From: an uncultured Verrucomicrobiae bacterium
GTDB taxonomy: Bacteria > Verrucomicrobiota > Verrucomicrobiia > Limisphaerales > Palsa-1400
Reading direction: 5' to 3'
DNA: 64,000 bases
NCBI GenBank assembly: GCA_963764165.1
Contig: CAVXRD010000002.1
Span: forward strand, 352,001 to 416,000
Each line of letters begins with the position of its first letter. The stretch's first letter is position 1. Below are positions 30,442-39,409 of the stretch, in pieces. The position numbers and the translations under genes are program-made. The notes beneath the pieces were generated by a model. It saw only the letters and a program-made list of their open reading frames with translations, searched no databases and had not been told where the DNA came from.

Positions 30442-31536
30442 ATGGCCAGAATTGACGCCCTTTTTAACTTAATGTACGAGCAGAAGGCTTCCGATCTGCA
30501 TCTTTCCTCGGGCAGTCCGCCAATTCTGCGCATTAATGGCGAGCTTACCCGCGTCGATTCCCCTCCGCTGGAGGACGACCAACTGAAGGTCATGCTCTAC
30601 GAAATCGCGCCGGAATATAAGATCAAGACATTTGAAGAAACGGGCGACGTCGACTTCGGCTACGAGATTCCGAACGTGTCGCGTTTCCGCGCCAACTTTT
30701 TTACGCAAAAATACGGCATTTCGGCCGTTTTCCGCCAAATTCCCAGCAAGGTGTTGTCATTTGAGGATTTCGAAAAGTTTGACGCGCCGCTGCCGCCGGT
30801 GCTCAAGAAATTTGCCATGCTGCACAAGGGCCTTGTCGTGGTCACCGGGCCGACCGGCTCCGGCAAGTCCACCACCCTGGCGGCCATCGTCGATTACGCC
30901 AATAAAAACCGGCGCGACCACATCATCACGGTGGAGGACCCCATCGAATTCGTGCATGAAAGCAAAAGCTGCCTCGTCAATCATCGCGAAGTCGGCCTGC
31001 ACACGAAATCGTTTACGGCGGCCTTGCGCGGCGCTCTGCGCGAAGATCCGGACATCATTCTCGTCGGCGAATTGCGCGATTTGGAAACCATCGAATTGGC
31101 GATCACGGCGGCCAGCACGGGCCATCTTGTCTTCGGCACCCTGCACACGCAAAGCGCAGCCAAGACGGTGGATCGTATTATTGACGTCTTCCCGGGCGAC
31201 CAGCAGAACAAAATTCGCGCCACGCTGTCGGAATCGCTGAAGGGGGTCGTGGCGCAAAACCTGTTCAAGCGGATTGATCGCAAGGGGCGCGTGGCCGCGC
31301 TGGAAATCCTGCTTTTCAACACCGCCGTGGCCAATCTCGTTCGCGAAGGCAAGACCCACCAGATCCCGGGCATGATCCAGATCGGCAAGAAACACGGCAA
31401 CACGCCGCTGGACGACTCGATCATGGACCATCTCAAGATGAGGCGGATTTCCCCGGAGGAAGCCTACGACAAATGCATCGAGAAAAAGAAGTTCCGCCCC
31501 TTTCTCGCGCATCCTCCGGAAGAAGATGAAATGTAG
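30442..31536 (+). CDS. pilT: type IV pilus retraction ATPase PilT
   Basis: ASDLHL, GPTGSGKSTT, TVEDPIE, ALREDPD, GHLVFGTLHT, ANLVREGK. Confidence 0.95.
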   Translation: MARIDALFNLMYEQKASDLHLSSGSPPILRINGELTRVDSPPLEDDQLKVMLYEIAPEYKIKTFEETGDVDFGYEIPNVSRFRANFFTQKYGISAVFRQIPSKVLSFEDFEKFDAPLPPVLKKFAMLHKGLVVVTGPTGSGKSTTLAAIVDYANKNRRDHIITVEDPIEFVHESKSCLVNHREVGLHTKSFTAALRGALREDPDIILVGELRDLETIELAITAASTGHLVFGTLHTQSAAKTVDRIIDVFPGDQQNKIRATLSESLKGVVAQNLFKRIDRKGRVAALEILLFNTAVANLVREGKTHQIPGMIQIGKKHGNTPLDDSIMDHLKMRRISPEEAYDKCIEKKKFRPFLAHPPEEDEM

Positions 31537-31555
31537 AAGCGAACCGTTTTGATTT

Positions 31556-32779
31556 ATGCGTCGCAGTGAACTTGATTATATTCTGACCACCATGCTCGGC
31601 GTTGGCCGGCAGACGGATACCGCCATCCGCCGCCGCACCGATGTTTCGGACTTGAATTTCACCGTCGAAAAACCGTTGCAGGTCGAGCAGAACGGGGAAT
31701 TGGTGCCTGTCATTTGCAATCCGTCCTTTGACCGGCTCACGCCCTACCAAACGGAAATGATCGCGTTGAACCTGATCAACGGCAGCCCGCGGCTGACGGA
31801 GGATCTGCTGCGCACCGGCTCATGCGACGCCTCCTACAGTGTGGCGGACAAGCTGCGTTTCCGCGTCAACATTTTCAGCCAGCGCGGCAAGTATTCCATC
31901 GTCATGCGGAAGTTGAACACGGAGATTCCCTCGCTGACGCAACTGAAGCTGCCGGAGATATTCACGCAGGTGACGAAGGAAAAAACCGGCCTCGTGCTGG
32001 TGACTGGCGCGACCGGCTCCGGCAAATCAACCACCCTCGCGGCGGTGCTGAACGAAATCAACACCAACAAAGCCGTCCACATCATTACGCTTGAAGATCC
32101 CGTCGAATTTGTGCATCCGCACAAAAAGGGCACTTTCAACCAGCGGGAAATGGGCGGCGACTTCAGCAACTTTGCCGCGGGCTTGCGGGCGGCGTTGCGC
32201 CAGGCGCCAAAGGTCGTGCTGGTCGGCGAAATGCGCGACCGTGAAACAGTGGAAATCGGATTGAGCGCGGCGGAAACCGGACACTTGGTCTTGAGCACGC
32301 TGCACACCATTGACGCGGGGCAGACGATCAACCGCATTCTCGGCATGTTCGAGACGGAGGAACAGGAGCAGGTGCGCGTGCGCCTGGCGGACACCTTGCG
32401 CTGGGTCATCAGCCAGCGCCTTGCCCCTCGCGTCAACGGCGGGCGCCATGCGCTGCTGGAAATCATGGGATCAAATTTGCGGACGCGCGAAACAATCATC
32501 CATGGCGAGAGCGAGGGAAAGAGCTTTTACGAGATCATCGAGGCCAATCACACTTTCGGCTGGCGCACCTTTGACAGCGCGTGCCTGGAAGCCTACGAAC
32601 ACGGAGTCATAACGGAAGAAACCGCGATGGTTTATTGCAGCAAGCGCGGGGCGCTCTCGCGCAACATCGACAAGGTCAAGAAGGCCCGCGGCGAGGTCAC
32701 CCCCAGCACGGATTTGAAGATGAAAGAGCCAGGCCGCCCGACGGCGCCGAATTTTCCGAGCACGTTCAAATTGAAATAG
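31556..32779 (+). CDS. second PilT/PilU-family ATPase
   Basis: GATGSGKSTT, TLEDPVE, ALRQAPKVVLVGEMRD, GHLVLSTLHT. Confidence 0.9.
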   Translation: MRRSELDYILTTMLGVGRQTDTAIRRRTDVSDLNFTVEKPLQVEQNGELVPVICNPSFDRLTPYQTEMIALNLINGSPRLTEDLLRTGSCDASYSVADKLRFRVNIFSQRGKYSIVMRKLNTEIPSLTQLKLPEIFTQVTKEKTGLVLVTGATGSGKSTTLAAVLNEINTNKAVHIITLEDPVEFVHPHKKGTFNQREMGGDFSNFAAGLRAALRQAPKVVLVGEMRDRETVEIGLSAAETGHLVLSTLHTIDAGQTINRILGMFETEEQEQVRVRLADTLRWVISQRLAPRVNGGRHALLEIMGSNLRTRETIIHGESEGKSFYEIIEANHTFGWRTFDSACLEAYEHGVITEETAMVYCSKRGALSRNIDKVKKARGEVTPSTDLKMKEPGRPTAPNFPSTFKLK

Positions 32780-32783
32780 TTTT

Positions 32784-33245
32784 ATGGAAGATTTTGATAT
32801 CATCGGCCCGAATGATGAACCGGCGCTGGTCGCCGTCAGCACGCCTGAAGTAATTGCCATTGTCAAACCCGCCCTGGCTGAGATTGGCTACAAGGTTCAC
32901 ATGGCCGAGCACTTCGAGCAATTCGAGACTCGTTACAGCCAGATCAATTATCGCGTCGTTGTCATAGAGGAATTTTTCGCGGGTTCCGATTCGCTGGTGA
33001 ATCCCACCCTGCAAATGGTGCAGGATTTGCCGATGCCGCTGCGCCGGCACGCCGTCTTCTTTCTAATTGGGCAAACGATGGAAACACTCAATGCGCTTCA
33101 AGCCTTCGCGGCCAGCGTGCATTGCATGATCAATTACGCGGAGTTGCATATGTTCCCCGACCTCGTCCGCAAAACGGTGACGGAAAATGACATGTTCCTC
33201 ACCACCTACCGCGACACGCAGCGCCGCGTGTATCAGAAGGCGTAA
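32784..33245 (+). CDS. hypothetical protein, degenerate receiver-like fold, co-transcribed with the pilT pair
   Basis: Operon spacing of 4-13 bp and an alpha/beta pattern. Fold assignment is inference. Confidence 0.7.
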   Translation: MEDFDIIGPNDEPALVAVSTPEVIAIVKPALAEIGYKVHMAEHFEQFETRYSQINYRVVVIEEFFAGSDSLVNPTLQMVQDLPMPLRRHAVFFLIGQTMETLNALQAFAASVHCMINYAELHMFPDLVRKTVTENDMFLTTYRDTQRRVYQKA

Positions 33246-33258
33246 TTGACAGCGCGCC

Positions 33259-34008
33259 ATGCCACGACCACGGCTGGACCAGGCGCTCGTTGAGCGCGGG
33301 CTTTGCCCGACGCGCGAAAAAGCCAAGCGCGCCATCCTTGCTGGCAAAGTGCGCGTCGGCGGTCAAATCGCCTCCAAGCCGGGCGATCTCGTGCAGCCCG
33401 ACGCGGCCATCTCCCTCGAGGAACCGGAAAAATTTGTCAGCCGCGGCGGATATAAATTGGAGCATGGGCTAATTCATTTCGGCCTCAAGCCGGAGGGTTT
33501 GACCGCGCTGGATCTCGGCGCGTCCACAGGCGGATTCACGGATTGCCTGCTCCAGCACGGCGCAATGCGCGTTTACGCGATTGATGTCGGCAAGGGCCAG
33601 CTTGCGTGGAAACTTCGCACGGACGCGCGGGTGGTTGTCATGGAACAGTTGAACGCCCGCCACCTCACGCGCCGGGATTTTCCGCCGGAATTCGCGGGGG
33701 CGGATTTGATCGTGGCGGACTGCTCGTTTATTTCACTGCAAAAAATTCTTCCGCCCGCCGTTGCATTGCTGGGCGAATCCGGTAAAATCCTTGCCCTGGT
33801 GAAACCCCAATTTGAAGCTGGCAAAGCGGAAGCCGGACGCGGCAAGGGCGTCATCCGTGATCCGGCCATCCACGCTCGCGTGCTGGATGAATTGAAAACT
33901 TTCGCCACCGGGGCGGCGCGATTGCGCTGGGTGGGCGAGACGGCTTCGCCTCTCCTGGGCCCGGCGGGCAACAAGGAATTCTTGGTTTTGCTTGAAAAAG
34001 AACGCTGA
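33259..34008 (+). CDS. tlyA: TlyA family rRNA 2'-O-methyltransferase
   Basis: S4 domain RLDQALV, VSRGGYKL, DLGASTGGFTD, LVKPQFE, GNKEFL. Confidence 0.95.
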   Translation: MPRPRLDQALVERGLCPTREKAKRAILAGKVRVGGQIASKPGDLVQPDAAISLEEPEKFVSRGGYKLEHGLIHFGLKPEGLTALDLGASTGGFTDCLLQHGAMRVYAIDVGKGQLAWKLRTDARVVVMEQLNARHLTRRDFPPEFAGADLIVADCSFISLQKILPPAVALLGESGKILALVKPQFEAGKAEAGRGKGVIRDPAIHARVLDELKTFATGAARLRWVGETASPLLGPAGNKEFLVLLEKER

Positions 34009-34876
34009 CAAATTGCGCCGCGTCGGACTGCTGGCCAACTTCGAGAAACCCTCCACCCGCGATGTTGTGCGCGAAGCCGCGGAAATCGTGAAGGCGGCGG
34101 GCCGCACGCTCGTGGCCGAATTGCAGACCGCGCATCACGTCGGTTTGAAGTGCGAGACCTTCGCCGACGCGGCATCGCTGGCGCGGCACACGGATTTGCT
34201 CCTGGTCTTCGGCGGCGATGGCACGATGCTCGGCGCAATTCGCGACACGTTCGGCTCGGCCACGCCGATTCTCGGCATCAACACCGGGCGTCTTGGTTTC
34301 CTGACCATCCTCTCTTCCAAAGATCTCGCCGAGGGGCTCGCGAAAGTTTGGGACGGCGACTTCGTTCTCGAATCGCGCGCGTTGCTTCAGGCCACCGGGC
34401 GCTGCCAGGGCGATCCAATCAATATGTCCGCCTTGAACGACATTGTCATCAGCCACGGCGCGGTTTCGCGGTTGATTGAATTGCATGTCTTTGTCAACAA
34501 CAAGGAACTGACTTGTTATCGTGGCGACGGATTGATTGTCAGTTCCCCAACTGGCTCGACCGCCTACTCGCTTTCGGCCGGCGGGCCGATCATCAGCCCG
34601 GGCGCGGAGGTGATTGCGATCACGCCGATTTGCGCTCACGCTCTTTCCAACCGCGCGGTGGTCATTCCGCTGAATTCGGTTGTCAAGGTGAAATTGCTGA
34701 GCAAGGACATGGAGACGATCATTGCCGCCGACGGGCAAATTCAGGCGAATCTTGGCGCCGGGGACGTGATCACAATCCAGCGCAGCAAGCGGCAGGCGAA
34801 ATTGCTGCACCCGGGAGAAACATCGTTTTTTGAAACCGTGCGCCACAAGCTCCATTGGCGCGGATCGTCGGTTTGA
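33992..34876 (+). CDS. nadK: NAD(+) kinase
   Basis: GGDGT, GINTGRLGFL, ALND, DGLIVSSPTGSTAYSLSAGGP. Confidence 0.95.
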   Translation: MKKNADKLRRVGLLANFEKPSTRDVVREAAEIVKAAGRTLVAELQTAHHVGLKCETFADAASLARHTDLLLVFGGDGTMLGAIRDTFGSATPILGINTGRLGFLTILSSKDLAEGLAKVWDGDFVLESRALLQATGRCQGDPINMSALNDIVISHGAVSRLIELHVFVNNKELTCYRGDGLIVSSPTGSTAYSLSAGGPIISPGAEVIAITPICAHALSNRAVVIPLNSVVKVKLLSKDMETIIAADGQIQANLGAGDVITIQRSKRQAKLLHPGETSFFETVRHKLHWRGSSV

Positions 34877-34899
34877 CCGCTCGTTAAGAAAGGAGACAC

Positions 34900-35916
34900 A
34901 TGGTTCGACTCAAAGACATTGCGGCGCAGGCCGGTATTTCCATCATGACCGTTTCCAAGGCGATGGGCGAGGCAACGGATGTCTCGCCCCAAACCCGCGC
35001 GCGGGTGCGCTTGCTCGCGCAGCAAATGGGCTATGTGCCGAATTCCATGGCGCAGGGCCTTCGCAATCGCAAGACGCGCCTGCTCGGGCTTGTGCTGTCC
35101 ACCGTGGCCAACCCGATTTTTGCGCGCACGATTTCGGCCATCGAGCAAGGCGCGTTCGAGTGGGGTTACGAATTGATATTGACGCATACGCTCAACGATC
35201 TGGAACGGGAGGAAGCGTGCATCCGCCGCCTGCTGGCCCGCCGGGTGGAAGGCATGTTTGTGTTTCCGATTTACCGCCTCGCGCCCACGTCGGAGATTTA
35301 TAACATTCTGCAATTGCGCCAGACGCCGACGGTCGTTCTTGGCCACAGCGCACCGTTTTGTTCGGCCTTCCACAACGTCGAGTGCGAGGACCTTAACGGA
35401 AGTTACCAAATGACGCGGCATTTGCTGGAGATCGGCCATCGCAGCATTGCGTTCTTCGGCGGCCCCACTGGCGCGCCTTGGGCGGTGGATCGTTTGGAGG
35501 GCTACCGGCGGGCGCTGCGCGACCATCAAATCGAGCCTGACGACCGCTTGATTTTCACCGCCGGCGCGGGGATGGAGGACGGCGAAAAAACCGCGCTGCA
35601 AATGCTGAACGAATCCGTTTCCGTGACGGCAGTTCAAGCTGTCAACGATTTGGTGGCGATGGGCGCGGCGAATGTCTTCCTCAACCAGGGTTTGAAAATT
35701 CCAGCGGATCTTTCGGTTTGCGGCTTTGGGAATTTATTGATGAGCGAGCATTTCCGCGTGCCGCTGACGACGATGCGCCAGCCCAAGCTGCGGCTCGGTG
35801 TGGCCGCCATGGAAATGATGCAGAAACTTCTGCGCAATGAACGGGTCGAGTCCCGCCGAATCACCGCCGACTTGATCGCCCGCGCCAGCACGGCTCCGCC
35901 GAGAACTCAGCCGTGA
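34900..35916 (+). CDS. LacI family transcriptional regulator
   Basis: LKDIAAQAGISIMTVS HTH, GYVPN..A..L hinge, PLTTMRQP. Confidence 0.95.
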   Translation: MVRLKDIAAQAGISIMTVSKAMGEATDVSPQTRARVRLLAQQMGYVPNSMAQGLRNRKTRLLGLVLSTVANPIFARTISAIEQGAFEWGYELILTHTLNDLEREEACIRRLLARRVEGMFVFPIYRLAPTSEIYNILQLRQTPTVVLGHSAPFCSAFHNVECEDLNGSYQMTRHLLEIGHRSIAFFGGPTGAPWAVDRLEGYRRALRDHQIEPDDRLIFTAGAGMEDGEKTALQMLNESVSVTAVQAVNDLVAMGAANVFLNQGLKIPADLSVCGFGNLLMSEHFRVPLTTMRQPKLRLGVAAMEMMQKLLRNERVESRRITADLIARASTAPPRTQP

Positions 35917-35933
35917 CAATTCATTTGAGAAAA

Positions 35934-36081
35934 GGGAGCGCGACAGTCTCGGTCGCCGCCAATCGGCGTCTCGCCGACTGGCCCGTTCCGGAACAAGTTC
36001 AGGTCAGTATTTAGTGAGCTTCGTGAACGCCAATGCCTTCGGCGGGACGCCGAAGGCAGCGGTCGAGACGACCGCGCTCCC
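35934..36081. repeat. GGAG-type composite REP doublet
   Basis: GGGAGCGCGACAGTCTCGGTCGC...TCGGCGTCTCGCCGA / TTCGGCGGGACGCCGAA...GCGGTCGAGACGACCGCGCTCCC, between convergent genes. Confidence 0.8.
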
Positions 36082-36098
36082 AATTCAACTGCATCGCA

Positions 36099-36950
36099 TC
36101 ACGCGTAGAGCGCCGCCTGCACATCGCGCACGACGACGCTCATGTAGGGATAACGCTCCTCCATGTCCGCATCGAGGCACTTCAATATGACTTTTTCCAT
36201 CGCGGCGGGAATGTCGGGATTCAATTCACGCGGTGGGATCAATTCGAGATTCAATTGCTTGCGCAAGATTTCGTCCGGCGTGTCGCCGGGGAATGGTTTG
36301 GCGAACGTCAAAAGCTCGTAGGCCGTGGCGCCAAAGGCGAAGATATCCGCGCGCTGGTCGATGGCTTCATGCTGCAAATGCTCGGGCGCCATGTAAGCGG
36401 GCGTGCCGGGATTGCCGGACATCTTTTTGGGTTTCTCCGGCTTCGGCTGGGCGAGATCGAAATCCACGAGCCGCAGCTTGGCGTTGCGCGTGACAAGAAT
36501 ATTTTCCGGCTTGAAATCCAGATGGATGAATCCGCTGTCATGCACCTGCTCCAACCCCAGCGCCATGTCGATGATGAGCTGCGCCGCATTTTCACCCAGC
36601 ACTTCATCCGAGCGCGCCATGCGCAGTTTCAGATTCGCGCCCTCGACATATTCCATCAGCAAATACGGCTGGCCCTCGATTTTCCCGTGCTCGAAATAAT
36701 TGACGACGTATTCGTTGTGATGAATTTTGGAAAGCACCTCGCAGCCGTTGTAGAAGCGCTTGCGGTCGGTGAAATTGAACAGCGAATTGTCAATCATCCG
36801 GCGCAAGGCAAAGTGCTGCCGTTGGGCGTCGGTGGCCAGCCAGATTTCGGATAGCCCGCCCTTGTTGATCAATTCATCAAGATGAAAGCGCCCAAAGCGC
36901 CCCGGCTGGGGCTCTGGCGCATCATCTCGATCTGATTTCCCAATTGCCAT
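36099..36950 (-). CDS. Hanks-type Ser/Thr kinase-like protein with non-canonical motifs
   Basis: MEYVEG, HLDFKPENIL, DFD, GTPAYMAPE, ADIFAFG. Start ATG 36950. Confidence 0.9.
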   Translation of the reverse strand: MAIGKSDRDDAPEPQPGRFGRFHLDELINKGGLSEIWLATDAQRQHFALRRMIDNSLFNFTDRKRFYNGCEVLSKIHHNEYVVNYFEHGKIEGQPYLLMEYVEGANLKLRMARSDEVLGENAAQLIIDMALGLEQVHDSGFIHLDFKPENILVTRNAKLRLVDFDLAQPKPEKPKKMSGNPGTPAYMAPEHLQHEAIDQRADIFAFGATAYELLTFAKPFPGDTPDEILRKQLNLELIPPRELNPDIPAAMEKVILKCLDADMEERYPYMSVVVRDVQAALYA

Positions 36951-37194
36951 AAAATGGGTGGCATTATGCCACAACACGCGCAAATCACATGCGAAAATTG
37001 AATTTTTGGCAAGGCTTCTTGAGTCGGAAAGGGGAGAAATTTTCAACAAGCCGGAAGCGCAACCTGCGCAAGCCAATCTTGCAGGTACAGCTCAAACGCA
37101 ATACGATCGTCGCCAATGGCAATCGTGGCTACACCTGATGGCAGAGGGCGAAACACCCGCTTGGTGGCAGTTGTCAGTGTTCCTCTTGGGAATT

Positions 37195-38228
37195 ATGAGC
37201 CTTGAACCTTCATTTCGCTCCCTATTTAGACGCAGCCGTTTTGCGCGCGCGGAAGAAGACGAGGCTTCGGGACAGCTGCAGAATCAAAAGGAGATGTTTG
37301 CCGTGGCAGCCGTTGCTTTCACCCTCAAGTACGACGAAAAATTTCGAAAATACTTCTTTCGCGAGATTTGCGGATTCGAAGAATCTGTGAAACAACCCGG
37401 TGCAATAATCGAGGTTCAAGCTCACCACCACTCCGACTTGGTGATCAAACAGAAGCCGAGTTCGTTGTCCGTTATCGAGTTTAAGATAGGCGCGAAGCTG
37501 AGGACAAACAGAACCCAAAACACAAAGAGGCATTCTTCGCGAACGGTGGTTACGGAAATCAGATCGTCCGAGAGTATGTTGGGTTTGCCCGAAAACGCTA
37601 CGTCGTGTTAAGCAATTCTGTAAAATTTGACTCGGGAGAATGTGTCGGCTTGTTATACGCCTCACGAACATGGAGGGATCTTATTGGTGACAGTGAAAGC
37701 GCGGGCGGATTGTGGGCCGACCTCTGCAATTCGCTTGGCGAACTCGGCGTGAACGCCTTCCGTTTTCACAAATTTAAAGATATGAAAAACGCACAATACA
37801 CGAGATACGCAGTGGAGATGCACGAAACACTGTCGGACGTCGCATCGGACTTAAAACTCCGCAACAGCGGCGAGAGCATTAAAGAGGAAGGAGACAGTGC
37901 TTGGTACGGGCGCTATATTCCCGCGAGACTTGCCAAATTCAAGCGGTTGGAATCCCTCGTGAAACCAAAACAGCAACGACTCGGCTGGTTTGGATTCCAG
38001 TGTGGGCCAAGCACAGGCGAGAGGGCATTCAGTTTTTTCTGCAGTTCTAAAGAGTCAGCAAAAGAGACGTTTGCTTTTATCGAAAAGTGCGTTCGCAATG
38101 GTCCAGCGGGGGAAACTGTCATTGATGACAGTGAAAACGCCGTCTACTTCCAAGATGGCAAATCTGAAACTGCGACTGGTGATAGAGCTTGGTTTGGAAG
38201 CGTCTTCGAGGCCGTAAAAGACAAATGA
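37195..38228 (+). pseudogene. PD-(D/E)xK nuclease-like protein with a 1-nt frameshift near 37500
   Basis: SDLVI...VIEFKIGAKL, then continues in the frame of ORF 37605-38228 as EDKQNP...GGYGNQI. Visibly lower GC. Confidence 0.6.
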
Positions 38229-38264
38229 ACAACCGCTTTCTCCGCCAAAAAATCGCCGCTCCTC

Positions 38265-38921
38265 GATGCCGAAGGCATCCCAGCTTGTAGCCGGTGGTTG
38301 AGCGCCAGCGATACCACCGGATAACGCATTTAATAACCCATGCACTCCGGCAGGAGTGCCAGCCATCCGCAAACATGCCATCAACCCATACACATCTTCT
38401 GTATCACCTGATCTTCGCCACCAAAAATCGGCAACCGTTGATCGCAGATGCCTGGCGCGCACGGTTGCATGAATACTTGGGCGGCACAGTTGCCGGATTG
38501 GGTGGGACACCGCAGGGCGTTGGCGGCGTCGCTGATCATGTCCATGCCTTGGTGGCGTTAAAGCCAACGCATTGCCTTTCGGATTTCATGCGTGAATTAA
38601 AGAGATGTTCGTCGCTATGGGTTGCGGAAGAAATCGGCGTTAAAGGGTTTGCGTGGCAGGAGGGTTACGCGGCCTTCACCGTTAGCGCATCGGCGAGCGA
38701 AGCGGTGCAAACGTACATCCGCACACAGGAGGAACATCACCGGCGGAAAACATTCCGCGAAGAATTGGTGGAGTTCTTGGAAAAATCTGGCGTGAAATAT
38801 GACGCTCGGTATCTCGATTGAGCTGGCACCGCTCTCAGGGTGCGGAAAATTTAAAACATTCGGATCCGGTGGTATCACTTACGCTCAACCACCGGCTACA
38901 AGCTAACATCCCTCCGGGATG
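38265..38921 (+). mobile_element. IS200/IS605-family (RAYT-like) element with ~100-bp inverted multi-hairpin ends
   Basis: Left end 38265-38363 and right end 38822-38921 are inverted homologs (AGCTTGTAGCCGGTGGTTGAGCG...GATACCACCGGA) flanking tnpA. Confidence 0.85.
38375..38821 (+). CDS. tnpA: Y1 HUH transposase
   Basis: YHLIFATKNR, DHVH (HUH), FAWQEGYAAFTVS, YIRTQEEHH. Confidence 0.95.
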   Translation: MPSTHTHLLYHLIFATKNRQPLIADAWRARLHEYLGGTVAGLGGTPQGVGGVADHVHALVALKPTHCLSDFMRELKRCSSLWVAEEIGVKGFAWQEGYAAFTVSASASEAVQTYIRTQEEHHRRKTFREELVEFLEKSGVKYDARYLD

Positions 38922-38988
38922 GGGCGCAATTGCACTCCAGCCAAATCGGACTGCTGTTAAACTAGTCTAAATCGTGTAGGATAAAATT

Positions 38989-39189
38989 ATGGCGAACGTT
39001 CCTAAATCGGCAGCAAAGGTTAAATTCGGTAAACGCCTCGCCACTGAAGTTGAGCGAAGTCTCGCCGACATTAGACGCGCAGCAGAGGGTTTGGAAGCGC
39101 TCCAAAATGAAATTGCCGAATCGCCCAACGGGAAAAAATCGTTTTCTTGGAAAGATTTTAAATCGGCGGTTGAAGAAGGACGCAAGTGA
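38989..39189 (+). CDS. small hypothetical protein (66 aa) between two right-end repeats
   Basis: ATG preceded by AGGA; helical, AT-richer ORF. Confidence 0.55.
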   Translation: MANVPKSAAKVKFGKRLATEVERSLADIRRAAEGLEALQNEIAESPNGKKSFSWKDFKSAVEEGRK

Positions 39190-39230
39190 GGGCACGTTTC
39201 ATTGGCGTATCTTCTGCCCAGTCGCAAGGT

Positions 39231-39329
39231 GCTGGCACCACTTTCAGGGTGCAGGAAATTTGAGGCGTCGGGTCCGGTGGTATCGCTGACGCTCAACCAC
39301 CGGCTACAAGCTAACATCCCTCCGGGATG
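39231..39329 (+). repeat. second direct copy of the tnpA right-end repeat
   Basis: GCTGGCACC...CAGGGTGC...TCCGGTGGTATC...ACGCTCAACCACCGGCTACAAGCTAACATCCCTCCGGGATG matches 38822-38921. Confidence 0.9.
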
Positions 39330-39409
39330 TTCTGCCACGCAGTTTCCGCGCACCAGCGCAAGTGAGCGACATCCTCGAACCATCTGACCTATAATTCCCA
39401 TTCTTCCCA

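Noticed and set aside
29796..30455. ORFs 29796-30455 (+) and 46473-47171 (-) as paralogous proteins (shared KSCRK..GRFS, ALYCT)
   Set aside because: Similarity follows the DNA repeat and changes frame at non-triplet indels, and the composition is not protein-like. Treated as non-coding, though not fully excluded.
37130..37160. Hammerhead ribozyme (CTGATGG...GAAAC)
   Set aside because: The core deviates from CUGAnGA and the flanking stems do not form.
38265..39329. CRISPR array
   Set aside because: Only three ~100-bp units with mixed orientation and gene-sized spacers, and no cas genes.
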